From positions 1 through 29,273 of the forward strand of contig DAOWGI010000105.1 of assembly GCA_030637655.1 (NCBI GenBank): a stretch of 29,273 bases of DNA. The letters run 5' to 3'. Source of the DNA: a candidate division FCPU426 bacterium. Its GTDB lineage: Bacteria > Oederibacteriota > JAAXVQ01 > JAUVAV01. The first letter of the stretch is position 1. Each line of letters starts with the position of its first letter. A program made the position numbers and the translations under genes. The notes beneath the pieces are model-generated. The model was not told the origin of the DNA and ran no database searches. It saw only the letters and a list, made by a program, of their open reading frames with translations. Shown piece by piece: positions 8,698-16,987 of this stretch.

Positions 8698-9576
8698 ATG
8701 ATGAATACATCCAGCTTTATTTTAATTACTCTACCCACATTGATTTGGAGCTCCACCTGGTTTGTTATAAAATTCCAGGTGGGTGTGGTTGATCCGATGG
8801 TATCGGTTTTTTACCGCTATGCCCTGGCCGGGTTTTTGATGCTCAGCTTTTGCCTGGTGACCAGAAGAAAATTGCGATACAGTATCAAACTTCATGCTTT
8901 GTTTTTGTTGGAAGGATTATGTCTGTTTGGGCTTAATTATTGGCTGGTGTATATAGCGGAACTGCATCTGACCAGCGGGCTGATCGCGGTGATATTTTCT
9001 CTCATTGTGTTTTTTAATATAATTTTTGGTAAGCTATTGTTAAAAACCAGAATACGAATACCGGTGCTATTAGCGGGATTGCTGGGCATGAGCGGTATTG
9101 GGCTTATTTTTAAACGGGAAATAGGAGCCTTTAGTTTCAGTGATCAATCCTTTATGGCTATCATTTTATGCTTTGTTTCTTTGCTGCTGGCTTCGCTAGG
9201 TAATATCATGGCGGTTAAAATTAGCAAACATGATGTTAAGGTGATAGAAGCCAATACTTTTGGGATGCTATATGGCGCGTTGAGTATGTTCCTGCTAACA
9301 TTGATAACTGGAAAAGCATTTGAGTTTGAAATGAGCCTGAGTTATATCTCATCATTATTTTATTTGGTTGTATTCGGCTCTATTGTAGCTTTTGCGTGTT
9401 ATATCAAAACCGTTATCAGGATTGGTCCGGATCGCGCGGCCTATGCCTTAATTATGATTCCCATCATCTCAATGCTTATTTCATCAATATTTGAAAGCTA
9501 TACTTGGGACAATAGTTCATTGCTAGGCATATGTTTGATTGTTTTGGGCAATATCTTGATGCTAAGAACCAAATAG
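8698..9576 (+). CDS. DMT/EamA family transporter
   Basis: About 10 hydrophobic helices; LIWSSTW..IK; YR..LAG; YLVVFGSIVAF..Y...IGP.RA; P..S.L.S..FE. Confidence 0.9.
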   Translation: MMNTSSFILITLPTLIWSSTWFVIKFQVGVVDPMVSVFYRYALAGFLMLSFCLVTRRKLRYSIKLHALFLLEGLCLFGLNYWLVYIAELHLTSGLIAVIFSLIVFFNIIFGKLLLKTRIRIPVLLAGLLGMSGIGLIFKREIGAFSFSDQSFMAIILCFVSLLLASLGNIMAVKISKHDVKVIEANTFGMLYGALSMFLLTLITGKAFEFEMSLSYISSLFYLVVFGSIVAFACYIKTVIRIGPDRAAYALIMIPIISMLISSIFESYTWDNSSLLGICLIVLGNILMLRTK

Positions 9577-9795
9577 AATGGAAAAAGAAATGAGTACCTC
9601 TTAAAATGAACATGTCAAATCAGCGGTTTGATTTTGACGGTGAAAAATATATGTCAAGGCATGTTTTGGTTGTGTAACCCATAGCCGGCCTGGTAAAATA
9701 CCTGTGGAAATAAAGCTGCGAAAACAAGATGGACAATTCCAGTATCAGCGACACCTATATGCCAAAAAAACAACAAATCCAAGGAGGAGTAAAAA

Positions 9796-10371
9796 ATGCC
9801 AAAACTTAAAGGAACCAAAACCGAAAAAAACTTATTGACCTCTTTTGCCGGAGAGTCTCAAGCCAGAAACCGTTACACCTATTTTGCGGCCAAGGCCGGG
9901 AAAGAGGGCTATGTTCAGATTTCCGCAATTTTTGAAAAAACCGCCAACCAGGAAAAGGAACACGCCAAACGCTTCTTCAAGTTCCTGGAAGGCGGCGAGG
10001 TGGAAATTATCGGAGCGTTTCCAGCCGGCGTGATCGGGGATACTGTGGACAATTTAGAGGCTGCCGCAGCCGGTGAGCGTTACGAGAACACTAAAATGTA
10101 CCCTGAGTTTGCCCAAATTGCCCGGGCTGAGGGTTTTGAGGACATAGCCAAGGTATTTGAGGCCGTATCTGTGGCAGAGAAAAATCACGAGAATCAGTAC
10201 AGTGCTTTAGCAGCGAATATCAAAAAAAACCAAGTGTTTAAAAAATCGACAAAAGTAAGCTGGGTTTGCCGCAACTGCGGTTATGTGCATGAAGGCGAGG
10301 AAGCCCCGCAAAGCTGTCCGGCCTGTGCTCATCCGCAGGCACATTTTGAGTTAAAAGTGCAAAATTATTGA
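9796..10371 (+). CDS. rbr: Rubrerythrin
   Basis: FAGESQARNRY, EKEHAK, GE.YE...YP, E..H diiron ligands; C-terminal CRNCG..CPAC rubredoxin-like domain. Confidence 0.97.
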   Translation: MPKLKGTKTEKNLLTSFAGESQARNRYTYFAAKAGKEGYVQISAIFEKTANQEKEHAKRFFKFLEGGEVEIIGAFPAGVIGDTVDNLEAAAAGERYENTKMYPEFAQIARAEGFEDIAKVFEAVSVAEKNHENQYSALAANIKKNQVFKKSTKVSWVCRNCGYVHEGEEAPQSCPACAHPQAHFELKVQNY

Positions 10372-10398
10372 TATACAACTATAAAAAAGGAGATAATT

Positions 10399-10779
10399 AT
10401 GGGAACCAAAATTTTGGAAATATACAGATGTGAGGAATGCGGCGGGATCGTGGAAGTACTGCACGCTGGAGTTTTGCCCTCATGCTGTGGACAGCCAATG
10501 AAAAAAGTGAAAGCAGGTATCACGGACGCGGCTCAGGAAAAGCATGTCCCGGTTATTGAAAAACAGGGCGACGTGGTTACCATAACCGTGGGTAGCGTTG
10601 AACACCCCATGGAGGAAAAACATTATATTGAATGGATTGAATTAATTGCCAATAAGAAGAGTTACCTTCAGTTTTTGAAACCTGGTGAACCGCCGAAGGC
10701 GGTTTTTCAGGTCAAGGCTGAAAAGCTCACTGTCAGGGAGCATTGCAATTTACATGGCTTGTGGGAAGCAAGAGCCTAG
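10399..10779 (+). CDS. dfx: Desulfoferrodoxin (2Fe superoxide reductase)
   Basis: CEECG..CCGQPM centre [18 protein letters not shown] and CNLHGLW centre II. Confidence 0.96.
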   Translation: MGTKILEIYRCEECGGIVEVLHAGVLPSCCGQPMKKVKAGITDAAQEKHVPVIEKQGDVVTITVGSVEHPMEEKHYIEWIELIANKKSYLQFLKPGEPPKAVFQVKAEKLTVREHCNLHGLWEARA

Positions 10780-10799
10780 AAACAGAGAGGCAATAAAAC

Positions 10800-13700
10800 A
10801 TGGAGAGACGTCCCGTGGATACCACAACCGGAAAAATGCTTCGGTTATCCAAGAATGCCATTCGGGTATTGGAAAGACGGTATCTCAGTAGAGATGCGCG
10901 GAATAATCTTTCAGAAACTCCGGAAATGATGTTTCGCCGGGTAGCTGAAAATATTGCCGCGCAAGATAAACTGTACTCCCCGGAGAGTGATACCACGTTA
11001 GTGGCGGAAGAATTTTACCGGTTGATGATTAATTTGGAGTTCATACCAAATTCACCAACCCTTATGAACGCGGGTAAGGATATGCAGCAATTGTCCGCCT
11101 GTTTTGTGTTGCCGGTGGAAGATTCCATGGAATCCATTTTTGAGAGTGTTAAAAACGCGGCCTTGATTCACAAGAGTGGCGGGGGTACGGGTTTTAGTTT
11201 TTCCAGAATACGTCCTAAAAATGATATTGTGCGAACCACCAACGGTTGCGCCAGCGGACCGGTCTCATTTATGAAAGTGTTTAACGCAGCGACGGAAGCG
11301 GTCAAACAGGGCGGGACCCGTCGGGGCGCCAACATGGCTGTCTTGCGGGTGGACCATCCGGATATTATGGATTTTATTCATTGCAAACAGGACACCAGGG
11401 AATTAACCAATTTCAATATTAGTGTGGCCTTGACCGATGCGTTCATGCAGGCGGTAGAAGCAGAGACCGAGTATGATTTAATTCATCCCCGCACACAGCA
11501 AAAAACCGGAACCTTGTCAGCCGGGTTGGTTTTTGCGCAAATTGTGAAAAACGCCTGGGAAACCGGGGAGCCGGGAATTGTATTTATTGATCAAATCAAC
11601 AAATATAATCCCACTCCTCAATTAGGCGGGATCGAGAGCACAAATCCGTGTTTTACAGGATCCATGCGGTTGGCAACGGACCAGGGACTGAGCACCTTTG
11701 AAGAATTATATATTGAACAACTAAAAATAAAGGTTGCGACAGACAATCGGGTAGCCGGCTATGATAAAAAGATATTTGAAGGTCAAATGTTGGTTAGAAC
11801 CCGCCCGGTGACTGGTATAACTTTTCGTCCGGCAGTCCCGGTTTTTAAAACCAGAGCCAATTGGCCGGTATTCCGGTTGGAAACCAAGGATGGTTATGAG
11901 GTGACGACCACGGCGGATCATAAGTTCATAACACCTCGCGGTCGTATGAAATTGAAGGAGCTTAAACCCGGGGACGAAATTTTAATGCAGTCTGGCAGAG
12001 GAGCATGGGGGAAGGACAACCTCTTGCCGCCATTTTTTCCTGACAACAAATTGAAAGCCAGATTACAACGCGGGGAGTGCAAGCGGCCCGAAACGTGGTC
12101 GCGTGATTTAGGGCAATTATTAGGCTGGATTATTGGCGATGGTTGGGTGAGCCGGGAAATTCCGTCAGGGCGCAATATTCCAAATTATACTGTGGGATTA
12201 ATGTTTGGAAACGAAGAAAAGAAGGAGTTGGCGCCTGCGTTTCGCTCATTAATAAAAAGCTGGTTGGGATTAAACGGTACTTCCGTGGAACGTAACGGCA
12301 CATACACTTTGTACTACAAATCCGTGCTCTATTATTTTTTAAATTCCTTAGGAATTACACTATGCTCCGGCTTGGAAAAAGAAGTGCCAAAATCCCTTTG
12401 GACTGCGCCGAGAGAAGCAGTTTTGGGATTTTTACAAGCGCTTTTTACAGCCGACGGTACAGTCAACGCAAGTCTCAGTAAAGGATGCTGCTCAATACGT
12501 TTGGCCAATAGTTCGAAAAAATTATTGCAGCAAATCCAAATTATGCTTTTAAATGAAGGCCTGGCGGCAAAGTTGAAACTGCGGCGAAAACCGGGCGTCA
12601 AATTCATGCCGGATTCCAAGAGACAACCGAAATTGTATCACTATGCCGCCCAATACGAATTGATCATAGATGGCGCCAATCGGGATAAATTTATCGAAAA
12701 TATAGGCTTCATGCTTCCTGCCAAACAGAAGAAGGCCGAAGAGTGGATTGCCTCTAAAAAGCGTAATTCCAATAAAGAGTATTTTGTTGACCAGGTTAAA
12801 GAGATAGTTCCTGCCGGCAGAGAGGATGTTTATTGTACCACAGAGCCTGAAACCCATTCTGTTGTAAGTAATGGTTTTGTTACGGCACAGTGCGGAGAAC
12901 AGCCGTTGTTGCCGTATGAGGCATGCAATTTGGGTTCCATCAATTTTTCCGTATTGGTGACCGACAAAGACGGAGCAAAAGTAATTGACTATGCCCGCCT
13001 GCGTCGCATTGTTAAAAGTGCGGTTCATTTCCTGGACAATGTGATTGATGCCTCAAAGTTTCCTTTACCCCAGATCGAAGCCGTGGTGAAGAAAAACCGG
13101 AAAATCGGTCTGGGTGTGATGGGTTTTGCCGACTTGTTGCTGAAATTAGGAATTCCCTATAATTCTGAGCGAGCGTTGGCCACGGCCGAAAGCATCATGC
13201 AGTGCATTGCTGAGGAAAGCAGACAGGCTTCCCGGGAATTGGCTGTGGACCGCGGACCATTTCCGGAATTTGCCCGGAGTCGTTGGGCCAAACAAAAACT
13301 ACCGCCGCAGCGCAACGCGACCACAACCACCATCGCGCCAACCGGGACAATCAGTATTATTGCCAATACCAGTTCCGGCATTGAACCCTTGTTCGCGGTC
13401 TCGTATGTTCGTAATGTGATGGACAATGATCAATTGGTGGAAGTAAATCCGATCTTTGAGGAAAAAGCGATTTTGCATGATTTTGCCTCAGAGGAGCTGA
13501 TGCAGGAGATTGCCAAAAAAGGAAGCGTGCAAGGGATGGAGGCAGTGCCGCCGGAAATGCGTAAAATCTTTGTGACTGCGCATGATATGGAACCTTTATG
13601 GCATATCCGGATGCAGGCGGTATTTCAAAAACATACGGATAACGCAGTTTCCAAGACGGTTAATTTTGCTCAGTCGGCTACTGAAGCAGATGTAAAAGAA

Positions 13701-14309
13701 GTGTTTCTGGAAGCTTATCGCGCTCAATGCAAGGGTGTTACCATTTACCGGGATGGTAGTCGTGAGGGTCAGGTGTTGTCCACGTCCGCAGGAGCAGGCG
13801 TCGCAGCAGGGCCGGGACACAAACTGGAACCCCGGGACCGGCCGGAAGTGGTTTCCGGGATTACGGAAAAAATAAAAACCGGGTGCGGTAATTATTATAT
13901 AACTATGAATCATGATGAAAAAGGCTTGTTTGAAGTATTTACACAGATGGGGAAATCAGGAGGATGCGCGGCAGCCCAATCCGAGGCCATTGCCCGTCTG
14001 ATTTCGTTGGCCTTGCGTGCGGATGTGAATCCGGAAGCGATTATTAAAAACCTGCGCGGTTTGCGCTGTTCCAGTCCGGCCTGGAGTGCGGGAGGCATGG
14101 TGCTCTCTTGTCCGGATGCGGTGGGACTGGCCATGGAAAATATTATCAAATGGCAGAGCAATGCTAAAACCCCTGGCCGGAAGAAGATGTCAGCGGGCTT
14201 GAATGCTCTGGATCATCTGATTGGCGCATGTCCGGAGTGCGGTGGAACCGTGGAGCATGAGAGCGGTTGTGTGGTATGCCGCGTGTGCGGCTTTTCCAAG
14301 TGCGCCTAA
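10800..14309 (+). CDS. nrdJ: Class II (adenosylcobalamin-dependent) ribonucleotide reductase, intein-containing
   Basis: PNSPTLMNAG..QLSACF, GGGTGF, QGGTRRGANM, TNP|CGEQ..ACNLGS, TIAPTGT, SGIEP, KGVTIYRDGSR; C-terminal TSCPD-type domain and Cys cluster (CPECG..GCVVCRVCGFSKC). No N-terminal ATP cone is evident. Confidence 0.95.
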   Translation: MERRPVDTTTGKMLRLSKNAIRVLERRYLSRDARNNLSETPEMMFRRVAENIAAQDKLYSPESDTTLVAEEFYRLMINLEFIPNSPTLMNAGKDMQQLSACFVLPVEDSMESIFESVKNAALIHKSGGGTGFSFSRIRPKNDIVRTTNGCASGPVSFMKVFNAATEAVKQGGTRRGANMAVLRVDHPDIMDFIHCKQDTRELTNFNISVALTDAFMQAVEAETEYDLIHPRTQQKTGTLSAGLVFAQIVKNAWETGEPGIVFIDQINKYNPTPQLGGIESTNPCFTGSMRLATDQGLSTFEELYIEQLKIKVATDNRVAGYDKKIFEGQMLVRTRPVTGITFRPAVPVFKTRANWPVFRLETKDGYEVTTTADHKFITPRGRMKLKELKPGDEILMQSGRGAWGKDNLLPPFFPDNKLKARLQRGECKRPETWSRDLGQLLGWIIGDGWVSREIPSGRNIPNYTVGLMFGNEEKKELAPAFRSLIKSWLGLNGTSVERNGTYTLYYKSVLYYFLNSLGITLCSGLEKEVPKSLWTAPREAVLGFLQALFTADGTVNASLSKGCCSIRLANSSKKLLQQIQIMLLNEGLAAKLKLRRKPGVKFMPDSKRQPKLYHYAAQYELIIDGANRDKFIENIGFMLPAKQKKAEEWIASKKRNSNKEYFVDQVKEIVPAGREDVYCTTEPETHSVVSNGFVTAQCGEQPLLPYEACNLGSINFSVLVTDKDGAKVIDYARLRRIVKSAVHFLDNVIDASKFPLPQIEAVVKKNRKIGLGVMGFADLLLKLGIPYNSERALATAESIMQCIAEESRQASRELAVDRGPFPEFARSRWAKQKLPPQRNATTTTIAPTGTISIIANTSSGIEPLFAVSYVRNVMDNDQLVEVNPIFEEKAILHDFASEELMQEIAKKGSVQGMEAVPPEMRKIFVTAHDMEPLWHIRMQAVFQKHTDNAVSKTVNFAQSATEADVKEVFLEAYRAQCKGVTIYRDGSREGQVLSTSAGAGVAAGPGHKLEPRDRPEVVSGITEKIKTGCGNYYITMNHDEKGLFEVFTQMGKSGGCAAAQSEAIARLISLALRADVNPEAIIKNLRGLRCSSPAWSAGGMVLSCPDAVGLAMENIIKWQSNAKTPGRKKMSAGLNALDHLIGACPECGGTVEHESGCVVCRVCGFSKCA
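11649..12890 (+). mobile_element. Intein (414 aa) with LAGLIDADG homing endonuclease inside nrdJ
   Basis: Interrupts NP|CGE. Starts CFTGSMRLAT; block B TTADHKF; LLGWIIGDG and FLQALFTADG motifs; ends VYCTTEPETHSVVSNGFVTAQ followed by extein Cys. Confidence 0.95.
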
Positions 14310-14337
14310 GAGACTGAGCAATTAGTTGCTCAGTCTC
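14310..14337 (+). terminator. Hairpin immediately after the nrdJ stop (possible terminator or RNA stabiliser)
   Basis: Perfect 12-bp stem GAGACTGAGCAA-ttag-TTGCTCAGTCTC; no U-tract follows. Confidence 0.5.
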
Positions 14338-14684
14338 CAGAGCATTTGAGATTCAATAGTAGAAATTAGATAAAATATCTCAAATGCGGTCTACTTTCCA
14401 CTGTTCAACTGTTCAGAAATTTTAAAAAGCAACTAAATGCTCACACTCCTAGAGGGAGGCGATTTATCCGCCTTCGCAGAAGACCCCGGTTTTGGCCGCA
14501 AAAGTCCTGCACAAGCAAATTCGCATCTGAAAACCTACCAAACATTTCCAGCCTGACATTTCCATGATAACTCCCTTAAATTTTTACTTTTCCATGAAAC
14601 ATGGTTTTTAATTGCATGGTATGAATAGATCAAGCAAGGCGTCTAATCCAACGCAATTAATAAAATAAAGGAGGGAATTTACAA

Positions 14685-16622
14685 ATGAATAAAAATATTT
14701 TATGGATTTTAATGGTTTTATTTTTTCAAGGGTTGTCAGGGGTAGTTCCAACTCCCGGGCTGGCCCGGGAGTGGCCGAATAATTACAATTTGCGGGTAAT
14801 GACTTTAGGCGGCGCATTTTTAGCTTTGGAAGACCAGACCACAGACTTATCGCTCTTTAATATGGAAAACCCCGCTGGTCTGGCTTTTACGCCCAAAGAG
14901 AACTGGATAAATTTTGGAATATATTATGATAATTCTGTTTCTTCAATAACTACGCGCGATTACTATACTGAATATTATTCTTGGCCGCCTGGTTCCTACA
15001 GCTACATAAGCACTATACTTGAACAAAAAGACGATTTCAAAACTCTTGCACTATATCCGGCAGAAGGTGAATTCAGCGGTTTTAATTATTGGGTAAGCGA
15101 TAATTGGGCGATAAATATAAATCTCATGCCTGTGCAGGTCCAATCAAAATATAGGGAAAAGTATTTTGAATATATTTATAATTATTCGCCAGAAAAGCCA
15201 TATAATTCATCTAACAGTTACGATTTTTCCTTCAACGGTTCCTCGTTTGGCGTGTATAGCGATTTGAAGACAGCAATCCGGTTAGGGGATGTTTTTTCCT
15301 TAGGCGGAGAACTTGCGTATATTTTTACTAATAGTACTGATATGGATACATATACTGAATGCGAAGCCAATATGAGTCTGCTTCATTGGCAAATTGGATC
15401 AGGCCTCAAAATTGGCAAGGACATAGCTTTACAGTTAGGCGTAACCGCGGGCAATGATGATGAAGTGGATGATTTCAGAACTGAATATACTTTTCCGGAT
15501 GACATCATCTTTATCGCGGGCAATGATGATGAAGTGGATGATTTTACAAGCGAACACACTTTTTCGGAGTTCAAAACTACTTATACATATACACCTGCTA
15601 CGATTTTACTTGCCGCGCAGAGTGTTTTTAATATCAAAGACTTTTTCCAGATTGGAACACAGGCATATTGGAAATCCCGGGAAATTACAAAACAAGTAAA
15701 AGAGTACGAAGGTAAATACTCACAAATGGATGGATGGGGTGTAATGCCAATGATCAAAGGCATGATCCCTTTAGGTTATGATTGCAATTTGCTGCTCGGG
15801 GCCCACTATATTTTTAGTAAGGCTGAGACTGACTATGAAATGTCAAACAGTAAAAACGAAACCCAAAACAGAGAATTCGGCAGTGGTCTGGGATTTCAGT
15901 TTTTTAAGAAAAAAATACAGCTTGCGTTTCAATATAATAGAAAATCAATTATGACTAATATCGTAACTAATATTTTTCTGGAAGACGTGAATGATGTTTT
16001 TGGAGTCGGAATTGAAGGCTGGGTTACACCTTATGTTGCTTTGCGGTCTGCTTATACCCATGATAAAAGTTATTTCGATAATTCAACCAGGTGGATTAAT
16101 TCATCAACTATTAGTGCTGGAATGGCTATAAAAATAGCTGAGCATTATAATTTAGATATTATGGGACGTTATACACCCAAAACCACGGGCCAGAATATGG
16201 AGATGGGACCCAATTGGGGGATTTATACGAACATTCACATTCCGCTCACAATTAAATCTGAAATCAAGCCTGAAACTAAACTTACTCCCAAATATAAATC
16301 ACCAAACTCCAATAAAGTAACAAAATTAGCTTTGCCCCAGCCAGAGGAATATCGCGTAGGGATTTTTGATTTTATCAAAAACACGCCCAAGTTGAGTCTT
16401 TTTAATACTCTGAAAGAAATCGCCGATTTGCATAACAAATATGCTGATTTGCAAATAATCATAACCGCTTTATACCAGCCTAATTGGAAAAAGTATCAGC
16501 AGGAAAGACTGGATAATATTCTTACTTATTTTGCAGAACAGGGCCTTAAGAACATTGAAATTAAATGGGTTGAGACGAATGATTTGCAGGATACTACGCG
16601 ATTTTTCATTAAGGTGGAATAA
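14685..16622 (+). CDS. Exported probable outer-membrane beta-barrel protein (FadL/PorV-like N-terminal motif)
   Basis: Signal peptide; R..TLGGAF.A..D......NPAGLA motif; Tyr/Phe/Gly-rich alternating strands; a linker then a C-terminal alpha/beta domain weakly like OmpA-C. GGAGG RBS. Confidence 0.6.
   Translation: MNKNILWILMVLFFQGLSGVVPTPGLAREWPNNYNLRVMTLGGAFLALEDQTTDLSLFNMENPAGLAFTPKENWINFGIYYDNSVSSITTRDYYTEYYSWPPGSYSYISTILEQKDDFKTLALYPAEGEFSGFNYWVSDNWAININLMPVQVQSKYREKYFEYIYNYSPEKPYNSSNSYDFSFNGSSFGVYSDLKTAIRLGDVFSLGGELAYIFTNSTDMDTYTECEANMSLLHWQIGSGLKIGKDIALQLGVTAGNDDEVDDFRTEYTFPDDIIFIAGNDDEVDDFTSEHTFSEFKTTYTYTPATILLAAQSVFNIKDFFQIGTQAYWKSREITKQVKEYEGKYSQMDGWGVMPMIKGMIPLGYDCNLLLGAHYIFSKAETDYEMSNSKNETQNREFGSGLGFQFFKKKIQLAFQYNRKSIMTNIVTNIFLEDVNDVFGVGIEGWVTPYVALRSAYTHDKSYFDNSTRWINSSTISAGMAIKIAEHYNLDIMGRYTPKTTGQNMEMGPNWGIYTNIHIPLTIKSEIKPETKLTPKYKSPNSNKVTKLALPQPEEYRVGIFDFIKNTPKLSLFNTLKEIADLHNKYADLQIIITALYQPNWKKYQQERLDNILTYFAEQGLKNIEIKWVETNDLQDTTRFFIKVE
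15446..15544 (+). repeat. Intragenic 30-bp perfect direct repeat (69-nt period)
   Basis: CGCGGGCAATGATGATGAAGTGGATGATTT at 15446-15475 and 15515-15544, encoding AGNDDEVDDF twice. Confidence 0.95.
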
Positions 16623-16984
16623 TGAAAAATGTCATTGCTGTACTATTATTTCTCCTTTTATCCGGCAGCTGCGGAATGGCCGCGGAACTTGATCCCAAAC
16701 GGCAGGAAGCCCTGGGTTGGTATCAGGAAGCTAATTTTCAGGAATATGGAGCTGGGGATTTAGAAAAAGCTATTGGAATTTATGAAATGATCTTTACGCA
16801 TTATTCTCAATATGAGGATATATGCGCCGTAACTCTTATTAGTATTGCGCGGTGTTATGAAAATCTTGACCGTTTGGTTGAAGCAGTTCTTTATTACCGC
16901 TTAGTTATTACTTGGTATCCGAAAAATACTCAGAAAGTCAGGGAAGCACAACTTGCCTTGAAACATTTAAAAAGGGAAAAGTAA
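16622..16984 (+). CDS. Exported TPR-repeat protein (possible lipoprotein)
   Basis: Hydrophobic N-terminus ending LSGSC; TPR-like GDLEKAIGIYE and IARCYENL...EAVLYY...YP; start overlaps the upstream stop (TAATG). Confidence 0.7.
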   Translation: MKNVIAVLLFLLLSGSCGMAAELDPKRQEALGWYQEANFQEYGAGDLEKAIGIYEMIFTHYSQYEDICAVTLISIARCYENLDRLVEAVLYYRLVITWYPKNTQKVREAQLALKHLKREK

Positions 16985-16987
16985 AAC

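Noticed and set aside
14560-14620. Repeated TTCCATGA/CATGG motifs upstream of the beta-barrel gene as an OmpR-type binding site
   Set aside because: The repeats are short and irregularly spaced; too weak to call.
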